From: Lachnospiraceae bacterium
GTDB taxonomy: Bacteria; Bacillota; Clostridia; Lachnospirales; Lachnospiraceae
NCBI GenBank assembly: GCA_017962225.1
Contig: JAGCVT010000037.1
Coordinates: 22,046 to 86,045, forward strand
DNA length: 64,000 bases
Reading direction: 5' to 3'
The translations under genes were made by a program, and so were the position numbers. The notes under the pieces were generated by a model that saw only the letters and a program-made list of their open reading frames with translations, was not told the origin of the DNA and did no database searches. This document shows, piece after piece, positions 29,448 through 38,928 of the stretch (position 1 is the first letter of the stretch; each line of letters opens with the position of its first letter).

Positions 29448-30998
29448 GTGTTTAATCATCTACCGAGAAAAACAAATATCATAAAAGCATTTGTCATCTC
29501 CGGAGTCTGTGCGTTATTAAATATCGTCATAGGGTTCGGATACAGATATTTGTTTTTAAAGATTCTGTCAATTGAATACCTTGGAATCAACGGATTATTC
29601 ACCAACATCCTTGGCTTGCTGGCTCTGGCCGAACTTGGAATCACAGGCTCGATTGTATATCGTTTTTACGATCCCATCAGTAAAGACGATGTCAAAAAAG
29701 TCGGTGAACTTATGCGCTTTTTTAAGAATGCGTATCTTATTATTGCAGGCGCTATTTTCGGTGTCGGACTGGCAATAACTCCATTCCTTAAGTTTTTAAT
29801 CAAAGACGCGGCCGAAGTACCGGCTGATGTAAATTTATATGTTGTATTTATTCTGTTTTTGCTTCAGAGTGCTTCGACATATTTGTTTTCATACAAACTG
29901 ACTCTTCTTTCCGCGGATCAGAAGCAGGATCAGTTTTCGGTAATCAATATTATTATTTCATTCGGACGGTATTCTTCCCAGATTATTGTTCTTTTCATTA
30001 CCAAGAATTATACGCTGACTCTTTTAGCAGGAATTCTGATAACGATGGCTTTAAACTTTATAGCGAGCCTGTGGGTGGCAAGCCGTTATAAATTTGTATT
30101 TGACGTAAAATCCAAGCTTGATGTCGAAGAGCGAAAGAATATATACAAAGACACGACGGCTGCGATGTTCCACAAGATCGGAGGTACCGTTTTAAATTCG
30201 ACGGACAATATCCTTCTGTCAAAGTTCATCGGACTGGCGATTACAGGTATTTATTCGAACTATTATCTGATTACATACAATATTATGCGAATAATCGGAG
30301 TTCTTTTTCAAAGCTTTACTTCTTCGCTTGGTAATGCTCATTTTATGCTTGATAAGGACTCAAGATATGTGTTATATAAAAAATCCCTGTTTTTAAATTT
30401 TGCAGTCACAGGCCTGATGACGGTCTGCGCATATTCCCTGATTAATGATTTTATTCTGGTATGGTTGAGAAAACCTTTGTTTTTGGATGATATCACTGTA
30501 ATTTTAATCATTATTCAGTTCTATATGGAAGCGGTAAGATTTGTTTCTATGTCATATACTTCAGCGTGCGGTTTATTTGTCCGGGATAAAGCAAGACCTT
30601 TAATTCAGGCATTTCTGAATTTGCTTATATCGATTATCGCTCTTAAAAAATTCGGTATTTCAGGTATTTTCATCGGAACGATTATCAGCAGTTTAGTGAC
30701 TGTTTTTTGGAGAGAACCTTATCTGTTGTATAAAAACGCTTTTGGGAAAAAAGTTTTGGAATACTGGTTTGAATATATAAAGAATGTTGTCGTGGTATTA
30801 TTATCGATTCTGATTTTACAGTTTTCGGCCAATAAATATATCATCGTTAACGGAATGCCGCACCTCTTCGTATTGAAAGCCCTTGCCTGCATGCTTGTTT
30901 TCGTTTTGATACATTTTCTGTTTTTCTTCAGAACGGAAGAGTACAAATACATGATAAGTCTAATCGTAAACTTTGCAAAAAAAATTAAAACGAAATAA
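29448..30998 (+). CDS. wzx: Second Wzx-type flippase
   Basis: YLGINGLFTNILGLLALAELGI, STDNILLS, GIYSNY; about 12-14 TM. Confidence 0.82.
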   Translation: MFNHLPRKTNIIKAFVISGVCALLNIVIGFGYRYLFLKILSIEYLGINGLFTNILGLLALAELGITGSIVYRFYDPISKDDVKKVGELMRFFKNAYLIIAGAIFGVGLAITPFLKFLIKDAAEVPADVNLYVVFILFLLQSASTYLFSYKLTLLSADQKQDQFSVINIIISFGRYSSQIIVLFITKNYTLTLLAGILITMALNFIASLWVASRYKFVFDVKSKLDVEERKNIYKDTTAAMFHKIGGTVLNSTDNILLSKFIGLAITGIYSNYYLITYNIMRIIGVLFQSFTSSLGNAHFMLDKDSRYVLYKKSLFLNFAVTGLMTVCAYSLINDFILVWLRKPLFLDDITVILIIIQFYMEAVRFVSMSYTSACGLFVRDKARPLIQAFLNLLISIIALKKFGISGIFIGTIISSLVTVFWREPYLLYKNAFGKKVLEYWFEYIKNVVVVLLSILILQFSANKYIIVNGMPHLFVLKALACMLVFVLIHFLFFFRTEEYKYMISLIVNFAKKIKTK

Positions 30999-31010
30999 AT
31001 AAACCAATAA

Positions 31011-31055
31011 GGGACGGTTCTGTTTTGGCTTTTTTGACCATTTAAGAACCGTCCC
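31011..31055. repeat. 45-bp palindromic REP-like element, copy 1 (probably also a bidirectional terminator)
   Basis: GGGACGGTTC...GAACCGTCCC; reverse complement matches 48318..48362 at 41/45 positions; lies between convergent wzx and fcl. Confidence 0.8.
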
Positions 31056-31068
31056 TTTTTGTATCGTT

Positions 31069-32013
31069 TTATCTTTCCGCTCTCATCGGATTGTTTAAGA
31101 AATCTTCATAAGCAAGTTTAATGCCGTCCTCAAGCTCGGTTTTGTATGTCCAGCCTAAGTTCTTTGCTTTGCTGACATCGAGGAGCTTTCTCGGTGTTCC
31201 GTTCGGCTTGCTCGGATCCCACTCAATCTTTCCTTTGTAGCCTACAACCTTTGCAACGAGTTCGGTTAATTCTTTTATGGTGAGTTCCTTACCCGTGCCT
31301 GCGTTTACGGTTTCGTTTCCGCTGTAATTGTTGAGCAGGAATACGCATAAATCTGCCAGATCATCCACGTATAAAAACTCTCTTAAAGGTGAGCCGTCGC
31401 CCCAGCATGTTACGCTTTCAAGTCCGGCTTCTTTTGCTTCGTGGAAGCGGCGGATTAAAGCAGGCAGTACATGTGAGTGTGTAGGATGATAATTATCGTT
31501 GGGTCCGTACAGATTTGTAGGCATAACCGAGATATAATCGGTACCGTACTGACGGTTTAAGAATTCGCAGTATTTAAGGCCGCTGATTTTAGCCAGAGCA
31601 TATGCCTCGTTGGTTTTTTCGAGTTCACTCGTCAGAAGGCAGCTCTCGGGCATGGGCTGCGGAGCCATTCTGGGATAAATGCAGGAAGAGCCGAGGAATA
31701 AAAGCTTTTTGCAGTTGTTTTTCCATGCTGCGTGGATAACGTTCATCTCAAGCATCATGTTGTCGTACATAAAATCTGCAAGCGCGGATTCGTTTGCAAC
31801 AATACCGCCGACTTTGGCCGCCGCAAGTACAACGACCTCGGGCTTTTCCTGTTCGAAAAATGCCTCGACTTCGTCCTGTCGGATTAAATCCAGCTCTTTG
31901 TGCGATCTGGTAATGATATTGTTATAGCCCTGCTTGTTTAAAGCGCGGACTATGGCGCTTCCGACCATTCCTTTATGACCTGCTACGTATATTTTAGCAT
32001 TTTTGTCGATCAT
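31069..32013 (-). CDS. fcl: GDP-L-fucose synthase
   Basis: GHKGMVGS, LAAAKVGGI, LGSSCIYP, YALAK, PTNLYGPND; likely true start MIDKNAK with AGGAGG RBS at 32025-32030. Confidence 0.95.
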   Translation of the reverse strand: MIDKNAKIYVAGHKGMVGSAIVRALNKQGYNNIITRSHKELDLIRQDEVEAFFEQEKPEVVVLAAAKVGGIVANESALADFMYDNMMLEMNVIHAAWKNNCKKLLFLGSSCIYPRMAPQPMPESCLLTSELEKTNEAYALAKISGLKYCEFLNRQYGTDYISVMPTNLYGPNDNYHPTHSHVLPALIRRFHEAKEAGLESVTCWGDGSPLREFLYVDDLADLCVFLLNNYSGNETVNAGTGKELTIKELTELVAKVVGYKGKIEWDPSKPNGTPRKLLDVSKAKNLGWTYKTELEDGIKLAYEDFLNNPMRAER

Positions 32014-32126
32014 GATTATTAGTTCCTCCTGTGTATTCCGATAAGGCTTTTTCAATTGCCTTTTTTCCTGTTTTTTGGTAAAATTCTGCTTGTGGATATA
32101 GATAAATAATATATCTTTAATGAGTA

Positions 32127-32154
32127 TAAACAAATAATCAGTATTTGTCGATAG
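32127..32154 (+). promoter_or_regulatory. Putative sigma28/SigD promoter
   Basis: TAAA-16 bp-GTCGATAG versus consensus TAAA-N15/16-GCCGATAT. Confidence 0.5.
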
Positions 32155-32182
32155 AAAAAGACTCATTTGAAAGGACTTAAAG

Positions 32183-32590
32183 ATGTTAAAACAGGTATCG
32201 ATTTATGCAGAGAACGTAAAAGGAAAGATGCTTGAAATCACAAGCATTCTTGCCAAAGAAAATATCAACATCCTGGGTTCCGTTACCAATGATTCGGCGG
32301 AATACGGTATCGTCAGAATGGTAGTAAGCGATCCGACCACGGCAGTAAAGGTTTTATCCGATGCAGGAATTATCTGTAAGCTCACAGATGTCATTGCGGT
32401 AGAAATCATGGATGAAGTCGGAAACCTGCAAAAACTCCTTCAGGCACTTGATGATGCAAATATCAGCGTTGATTACCTTTATCTTTCTTTTAACAGAGAG
32501 AGCGGCGCACCGATTATGGTATTTCACACCCACGATATACCTGAAGTTGAAAACAGCTTAAGAAGCAAAGGATTTGTGCTTTGTAAATAA
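32183..32590 (+). CDS. Tandem ACT-domain protein
   Basis: QVSIYAENVKGKMLEITSILAKENINI and a second ACT repeat (VGNLQKLLQALDDANISVDYLY). Confidence 0.85.
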   Translation: MLKQVSIYAENVKGKMLEITSILAKENINILGSVTNDSAEYGIVRMVVSDPTTAVKVLSDAGIICKLTDVIAVEIMDEVGNLQKLLQALDDANISVDYLYLSFNRESGAPIMVFHTHDIPEVENSLRSKGFVLCK

Positions 32591-32665
32591 AAATACGGAT
32601 ATTCTGTAAAACAGCCGTTAAAGGAACCGGAAGAACCTTTAACAGGATTTAGGGGGATATGTATT

Positions 32666-33967
32666 ATGGGAAAGAACATTACGGATTATACCGTTGAAGA
32701 CATTGTTCAGTTTATCAAAGGGAATATTGATGCGCTTCTTTTGGTGGATGCCCAGACGGATACTTACAAAACCGTTATTAAAAGAGGCATGTTCACAGAC
32801 TTTATTGACGAAGAAGGCAGCTACAAGGACCTGATTGAAAAACTCTGGTTTCATTTTAACGGAACCTTTGACAAAATCACTGAAGATTATCAGGTATTTA
32901 TTCCGACATACGGAAAGTTTTCGGGCAAATACAGCAGGAGATTAAAGCTTGACAGTAACGGTGAACTTCATGCCGTTCAGATGACGATTTATCCTGTCGA
33001 AGAAAATTATTATCTGATTATTTTCGATGAGCTTGATAACAGTGAATACATGAAGGATTTCCTTACCAACGAAAAGGTAACCACGATTCAGAACACTTAT
33101 CTTTTCTCCATGTATGTTGACCTCGTAAAAGATTCAACAAGCAGTATCAGTATCACCGAAATATCGGACGAGACGGTGCATTCGGAACTTAAATACACCG
33201 ACTGGAGAATGATGATTGTCAACATGATCTGGCCTGACGATCAGCCGATGTTTTTGGAGCGCACCGATCCCGAGTATTTAAAGAAGAATCTTTTACCCGG
33301 ACGTACATCTTCGTTTGACTGCCTGATGCAGAACCTCGAAGGAAAATTCATCTGGGTTAAGCTTATCTTCTCACGTGCGGAAACTGTAAACGCAGATGAG
33401 GACTTCAGATATGTCTTCATGGTGCAGGATATACACGAAGATTCGGTTCAGCTTATGTCCACGCTTAAGAAGTATGAGGAACTGGCTTCCAAGGATACTC
33501 TGACCGATGTGTTTAACCACGGAAGAATCGATACGGAGATCCGCAATGCCATTGAGATAGTCGGACGTACGGACAGACATATTTCTATTATGATGTTCGA
33601 TATCGATTTCTTTAAGAACATTAATGATAAGTTCGGTCATGCTGTCGGAGATATCACACTTAAGCACTTTGTATATCTTATCAGAGAATATTTTAAAGAT
33701 AAAAATGCCGTTATCGGAAGATGGGGCGGCGAGGAATTTGTGGCAGTCTGCTACGATGCAGATGAATCACAGGCCGAAAAGTATGCAGAAGAAATCCGCG
33801 TAAAGATTTCCGAAGCAGAATTCGAAGTAGCCGGTACGGTTACGACCAGTGCGGGCTTAACCGAGATCAGAAAAGATGATAATTTTGACAATGCGTTCGA
33901 ACGTATGGATAAGGCTTTGTACAAAGCAAAATCCGAAGGAAGAAACTGCGTCAGAGTTGGAAAATAA
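32666..33967 (+). CDS. Diguanylate cyclase (PAS-like plus GGDEF)
   Basis: DTLTDVFN, DIDFFKNIND, RWGGEEF, DKALYKAKSEGRN; no RxxD I-site. Confidence 0.92.
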   Translation: MGKNITDYTVEDIVQFIKGNIDALLLVDAQTDTYKTVIKRGMFTDFIDEEGSYKDLIEKLWFHFNGTFDKITEDYQVFIPTYGKFSGKYSRRLKLDSNGELHAVQMTIYPVEENYYLIIFDELDNSEYMKDFLTNEKVTTIQNTYLFSMYVDLVKDSTSSISITEISDETVHSELKYTDWRMMIVNMIWPDDQPMFLERTDPEYLKKNLLPGRTSSFDCLMQNLEGKFIWVKLIFSRAETVNADEDFRYVFMVQDIHEDSVQLMSTLKKYEELASKDTLTDVFNHGRIDTEIRNAIEIVGRTDRHISIMMFDIDFFKNINDKFGHAVGDITLKHFVYLIREYFKDKNAVIGRWGGEEFVAVCYDADESQAEKYAEEIRVKISEAEFEVAGTVTTSAGLTEIRKDDNFDNAFERMDKALYKAKSEGRNCVRVGK

Positions 33968-33985
33968 AAACAATGAGGAGTTACA

Positions 33986-36340
33986 ATGAAACGTAAAATT
34001 TTATCCATTTTATTATCGGGATTAATGGTTCTTTCCATAGCCGCATGCGACATGGGAAAAACACCGACAGAACCCATAGTGGAGCCCGGCACCGATCCGG
34101 AACCGGTTGTTGTGGACAATCCTGCGGGAGCGGGAGACTGGACACTTCCCGAAGTAAACTGGGGTCCGGGACTTTTTAACGGAAAGACATTAATTGACGA
34201 CCATTTTGAAGACGGCGAAGCTTTTGAGTGGGGAACATACGCTAACGGCGGTATTTTCGAAGTTTATACCAAAAACGGTGAAATGGTTGTGGATATTTCC
34301 AAAACAGGTACGCTTGATTATTCCACACAGGTCTCAAGAGATGGTTTCGAGCTTAATCAGGGCGGCGTATACGAGTGCTCTTTTACGATCAGATGTGATA
34401 TTGAAAGATCGTTTGAGTGGAGATACCAGATTAACGGCGGCGATTATCACGCATATTACAAAGAGTATGATGTGCCCATAGGTCCCGAGCCTAAAAGAAT
34501 TTCCGCAACATTCACCATGGAAGAAGAAAATGACGATATGCCGAGATTTTGTTTTAACCTCGGACGATTTGACGGTATGGACAATACATCACATAAAGTA
34601 TACATAGACGATTTTAATTTAACTCTTGTGGATTCAAGCAACGCTAAGGCTCCCAAGGAAGAAGAAAAGCCTTTGGCACTTAAGGTTAACCAGGTCGGAT
34701 ACAAGCCCGGTGACAATAAGAAAGTAGTTGCCACAACAGGCGAAAAGGTTACAGCCTTCAAAGTCTGCGATGCAGAAACAGGCGAGGTTGTATACGAAGG
34801 AACATTCGCCGATGAGCGCGTTATCTCAAAGAACGGTGACGGCGACACATACACAGGCGATTTCACAGAGTTTACAACTGAAGGAAAGTACTACATTTCC
34901 GTTGACGGACTTGATAATTCATACAGTTTTGAAATCGGCAGCAACGTATTTGACGATATTGCAAAAGAAACAGTCAGAATGCTTTACTTACAGCGCTGCG
35001 GATGCGAAACAACAAGCGAACTTGCAGGAGTTTTTGCTCATCCCGAGTGTCACAATACTGATGCAAAGATTTACGGTACAAACGATTACATCGATGTAAC
35101 CGGCGGATGGCATGATGCGGGCGACTACGGAAGATACGTGGTTGCAGGTGCAAAGACAATCGCAGATCTCTTTATGACATACGAAGACAGCAGCGCATCA
35201 AGGGGTGACAATTACGATATTCCCGAGAGCGGAAACGGTGTTCCCGATATCCTTGACGAAGCAAGATACGAGCTTGAGTGGATGCTTAAGATGCTGGCTG
35301 AAAACGGCGGTGTATATCATAAGGTAACATGTGAGCAGTTCCCCGGCGTTGTAATGCCTCAGAACGAAACAGAAGAACTTGTTGTAGCTCCCATCTCCAC
35401 AACCGCTACAGGCGACTTTGCGGCAGTAATGGCTAAGGCAGGCAAAATCTACAGACAGTATGATGCGGCATTTGCCACAAAGTGCAGCGAGGCAGCAGTT
35501 AAGGCATACGCTTACATGGAAGAAAATGCAGATAAAGACAAGACAGGATTTATCAATCCTCCCGAAATCGTAACAGGTGAATATCCTGACGGCGACAATA
35601 CGGACGAATATGTTTGGGCAGCAGTTGAACTTTACATTGCCACTAACGATTCTGCTTATCTTACAAAGGTAAGAGAACTTACGGACAAGACGTTCAAGGG
35701 CGGTCTTGGCTGGGCAGACATGGGTACATATGCTATGTATGATTTCCTTAAAGCCAAAGGTTATATGGAAACACCCGTTGAGTTCAATCTTCCCGCAGAC
35801 GACACCAGAAGCATTCAGGAAATATATGCTTCGATGTCCGATGTTGATTATGTAAGAATGAAGTTCTCCGAAAAGCTTAAACTTTTCGCTGAGACAGCAC
35901 TTGATTATTCAACCACGGATCCTTACTTCTCATCACTGAGAGTTTATCCTTGGGGAAGTAACATGACAATCGCCAACAACGGTATTCTTTACAGAATGAT
36001 GTACAACTTAACAGGCGATGAAGTTTACAACGAATATGCAAGATACCAGATAGATTATCTTTTAGGAGTAAATGCCGTAGCCTACAGCTACGTAACAGGT
36101 TTCGGCGAGCATGCTGCAGAGCATCCTCATCACAGACCTTCACAGGCTATCGGAAAGGCAATGCCCGGTATGCTTGTCGGCGGTCCCAACTCCAGCCCTG
36201 CAGATCCTTATGCAATCAAGGCTCTTTCAAAGAAGGTAGGAGGAAGCTGCTACTGCGACAACGATTCGGCTTACTCAATCAACGAGATTACAATCTACTG
36301 GAATTCACCTCTGATTTATCTCTTACAGGTTTATAAGTAA
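33986..36340 (+). CDS. GH9 endoglucanase lipoprotein (CBM4_9-Ig-GH9)
   Basis: Lipobox LSIAAC; CBM ending VYIDDFNL; Ig VNQVGY; GGWHDAGDYG, HPHHR, NEITIYWN. Confidence 0.92.
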   Translation: MKRKILSILLSGLMVLSIAACDMGKTPTEPIVEPGTDPEPVVVDNPAGAGDWTLPEVNWGPGLFNGKTLIDDHFEDGEAFEWGTYANGGIFEVYTKNGEMVVDISKTGTLDYSTQVSRDGFELNQGGVYECSFTIRCDIERSFEWRYQINGGDYHAYYKEYDVPIGPEPKRISATFTMEEENDDMPRFCFNLGRFDGMDNTSHKVYIDDFNLTLVDSSNAKAPKEEEKPLALKVNQVGYKPGDNKKVVATTGEKVTAFKVCDAETGEVVYEGTFADERVISKNGDGDTYTGDFTEFTTEGKYYISVDGLDNSYSFEIGSNVFDDIAKETVRMLYLQRCGCETTSELAGVFAHPECHNTDAKIYGTNDYIDVTGGWHDAGDYGRYVVAGAKTIADLFMTYEDSSASRGDNYDIPESGNGVPDILDEARYELEWMLKMLAENGGVYHKVTCEQFPGVVMPQNETEELVVAPISTTATGDFAAVMAKAGKIYRQYDAAFATKCSEAAVKAYAYMEENADKDKTGFINPPEIVTGEYPDGDNTDEYVWAAVELYIATNDSAYLTKVRELTDKTFKGGLGWADMGTYAMYDFLKAKGYMETPVEFNLPADDTRSIQEIYASMSDVDYVRMKFSEKLKLFAETALDYSTTDPYFSSLRVYPWGSNMTIANNGILYRMMYNLTGDEVYNEYARYQIDYLLGVNAVAYSYVTGFGEHAAEHPHHRPSQAIGKAMPGMLVGGPNSSPADPYAIKALSKKVGGSCYCDNDSAYSINEITIYWNSPLIYLLQVYK

Positions 36341-36347
36341 AATATCA

Positions 36348-36377
36348 GGAAGCGTGCTTAAAGGGCACGCTTCTTTT
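36348..36377 (+). terminator. Intrinsic terminator
   Basis: GAAGCGTGC/GCACGCTTC stem plus TTTT. Confidence 0.75.
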
Positions 36378-36379
36378 AA

Positions 36380-36397
36380 TTGTGAAATTGTTCAATA
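36380..36397. promoter_or_regulatory. Rex-like operator upstream of pflB
   Basis: TTGTGAA-ATTG-TTCAATA versus TTGTGAA-N4-TTCACAA. Confidence 0.55.
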
Positions 36398-36440
36398 AAA
36401 AATGAAAACAAAACGATTAATCGTCACATTTTAACAAAAA

Positions 36441-36487
36441 GCACTTGAAATTGTGGTGTGTGAAAAATATAACACATTATATTGTGT
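36441..36487. promoter_or_regulatory. Tandem NrdR-box-like sites upstream of pflB, interleaved with a Rex-like site (36458..36475)
   Basis: GCACTTGAAATTGTGG (36441, degenerate) and ACACATTATATTGTGT (36472, 15/16 match) are 31 bp apart; GTGTGAA-AAAT-ATAACAC lies between. Confidence 0.55.
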
Positions 36488-36600
36488 ATAAAAGAGTAAA
36501 ATACTCTTGATATTTTATTTTTTTAATGATTTAATAAAGAAGTCGGAAAACCTTTTGTAAACATATTTTTTAGTATTTATAAAGAAAGTGGAGATTTGAA

Positions 36601-38928
36601 ATGATTCCGCAGTGGAGAGATTTTAAAGGAAACAAGTGGCAGACTGAAATTAACGTAAGAGATTTCATTCAGGAAAATTATGTTCCTTACGACGGTGACG
36701 AGAGCTTCCTTGAGCCCGCAACCAAGAATACGCTTGCGTTATGGGATCAGGTAATGCAGCTTTCCAAAGAGGAAAGAGAAAAGGGCGGCGCCGTAAATAT
36801 GGATACCAGAAACGTATCCATGATTATGTCACACGAGCCCGGCTATCTTGATAAAGACAAAGAGCAGATTGTTGGTCTTCAGACCGACGAACCTTTTAAG
36901 AGACCGCTTCATCCTTTCGGCGGTATCAGAATGGCTGAGCAGGCACTTTCCGATCACGGATATGAAATTGATCCCGAAGTAAAAGATTTCTTCACATACT
37001 ACAGAAAAACACATAACGCCGGATGTTTTGATGCATATACGACAGAGATGAGAGCCTGCCGTTCATCACACATCATCACAGGCCTTCCCGATGCATACGG
37101 CAGAGGACGTATCATCGGTGATTACAGACGTATAGCACTTTACGGAATCGACATTCTTATAGAGGATAAGCTTCGTCAGAAACATACCTGCGGAAAGGTT
37201 ATGAACGACGAGGTAATAAGAACCAGGGAAGAACTTACGGAGCAGGTAAGAGCACTTGAGCTTATGAAGAAGCTCGCAGAATCCTACGGCTGTGATATTT
37301 CCCATCCCGCAACCAACGTAAAAGAAGCCATCCAGGCTATTTATTTCGGATATTTGTCGGCTATCAAGGAGCAGAACGGTGCGGCAATGAGTGTCGGCCG
37401 TACAACCACATTCCTTGATATCTATGCTTCAAGAGACCTTGCAAACGGTACATTCTCCGAACGTCAGATTCAGGAGATGGTAGACCACTTCATTATGAAG
37501 CTTCGTATCGTAAAATTTGCAAGAACTCCCAAATACAACGAACTTTTCTCGGGCGATCCCATCTGGGCAACCGAATCTATCGGCGGTGTTGGTATCGACG
37601 GACGTCATATGGTAACAAAGATGTCTTACAGATATCTTCACACTCTTGAGAATTTAGGACCGGCTCCCGAGCCCAACCTTACAATTCTCTGGTCCAAGAG
37701 ACTGCCTGAACCCTTTAAAAAATACTGTGCAAAGATGTCTATCAAGACTTCTGCTATCCAGTATGAAAACGACGATTTAATGCGTGTAACAAAGGGCGAT
37801 GATTATGCAATCGCCTGCTGCGTATCTTCCATGAAGCTCGGCAAAGAAATGCAGTTCTTCGGTGCGAGAGCAAACCTTGCTAAATGTCTTCTTTATTCAC
37901 TTAATGGTGGTGTGGATGAAATTACCAAGAAGCAGGTCGGACCTATCGCCTTAAGAAGATATCAGGGCGACGTGCTTGATTACGATACCGTAATGGATTC
38001 CTTCACTTTTATGATGGAGTGGCTCGCAGGTATCTATGTAAATACGCTTAACATCATTCATTACATGCATGATAAATACAATTACGAGCGTGCTCAGATG
38101 GCACTTCACGACAGAGATGTAGTAAGAATTTTCGCGACCGGTATTGCAGGTCTTTCCGTAGTTACAGACTCTTTATCGGCTATCAAATATGCCAAGGTTG
38201 AGCCCATTCGTGATGATGACGATATCATCGTTGATTTTAAGATCACAGGTGATTATCCGAAGTACGGTAATGATGACGACCGTGTAGACTCGATTGCAAA
38301 AGAAATCGTATCAAGCTTTATGAACATGGTTCGTTCACATCAGACATACCGTAATTCCGTTCCTACCACATCGGTACTTACAATTACATCCAACGTTGTA
38401 TACGGCAAGAACACAGGTGCCACACCCGACGGACGTCCCAAGGGCGCTCCTTTCGCACCCGGTGCTAACCCTATGTACGGCAGAGATTCATCAGGTGCGG
38501 TTGCATCACTTGCTTCAGTTGCCAAGCTTCCCTTCAAGGATGCACAGGACGGTATTTCAAATACATTCTCCATCATTCCTTCCGCACTCGGAAAGAGCGA
38601 TGAAAACTTTACATACATTGACAAGGCAAACAAGGTTGTTGACGGCGACTGCATCAACGAGGAAGTCGACAAAGTATATGTTGCTCCCGATGCAAGCGAA
38701 TCACAGATTGAAAACCTTATTTCGCTTCTTGACGGCTATACAACCAAGGGCGGCCACCATTTGAACGTAAACGTTCTTAATCGTGAGACACTTCTTGATG
38801 CTATGGAAAACCCTGAGAAATATCCTCAGCTTACAATCCGTGTATCAGGCTACGCAGTTAACTTTATCAAGCTCACAAAAGAGCAGCAGCTCGATGTAAT
38901 ATCGAGAACATTCCACGAATCACTTTAA
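36601..38928 (+). CDS. pflB: Pyruvate formate-lyase
   Basis: [24 protein letters not shown] active site, TIRVSGYAV glycyl-radical motif. Confidence 0.97.
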   Translation: MIPQWRDFKGNKWQTEINVRDFIQENYVPYDGDESFLEPATKNTLALWDQVMQLSKEEREKGGAVNMDTRNVSMIMSHEPGYLDKDKEQIVGLQTDEPFKRPLHPFGGIRMAEQALSDHGYEIDPEVKDFFTYYRKTHNAGCFDAYTTEMRACRSSHIITGLPDAYGRGRIIGDYRRIALYGIDILIEDKLRQKHTCGKVMNDEVIRTREELTEQVRALELMKKLAESYGCDISHPATNVKEAIQAIYFGYLSAIKEQNGAAMSVGRTTTFLDIYASRDLANGTFSERQIQEMVDHFIMKLRIVKFARTPKYNELFSGDPIWATESIGGVGIDGRHMVTKMSYRYLHTLENLGPAPEPNLTILWSKRLPEPFKKYCAKMSIKTSAIQYENDDLMRVTKGDDYAIACCVSSMKLGKEMQFFGARANLAKCLLYSLNGGVDEITKKQVGPIALRRYQGDVLDYDTVMDSFTFMMEWLAGIYVNTLNIIHYMHDKYNYERAQMALHDRDVVRIFATGIAGLSVVTDSLSAIKYAKVEPIRDDDDIIVDFKITGDYPKYGNDDDRVDSIAKEIVSSFMNMVRSHQTYRNSVPTTSVLTITSNVVYGKNTGATPDGRPKGAPFAPGANPMYGRDSSGAVASLASVAKLPFKDAQDGISNTFSIIPSALGKSDENFTYIDKANKVVDGDCINEEVDKVYVAPDASESQIENLISLLDGYTTKGGHHLNVNVLNRETLLDAMENPEKYPQLTIRVSGYAVNFIKLTKEQQLDVISRTFHESL

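Noticed and set aside
32014-32166. 51-aa N-terminal extension of Fcl in the ORF track
   Set aside because: Homology starts at MIDKNAK with a strong AGGAGG RBS; the extension covers the divergent promoter region
32591-32665. c-di-GMP riboswitch or terminator before the GGDEF gene
   Set aside because: Only an 8-bp hairpin (GTTAAAGG/CCTTTAAC) with no GEMM core and no U-tract
36378-36600. ZTP (pfl) riboswitch upstream of pflB or purO/purH
   Set aside because: The pflB leader is AT-rich and lacks the GACTGGCG...CGCCTGGGC core; the gap before purO is only 41 bp
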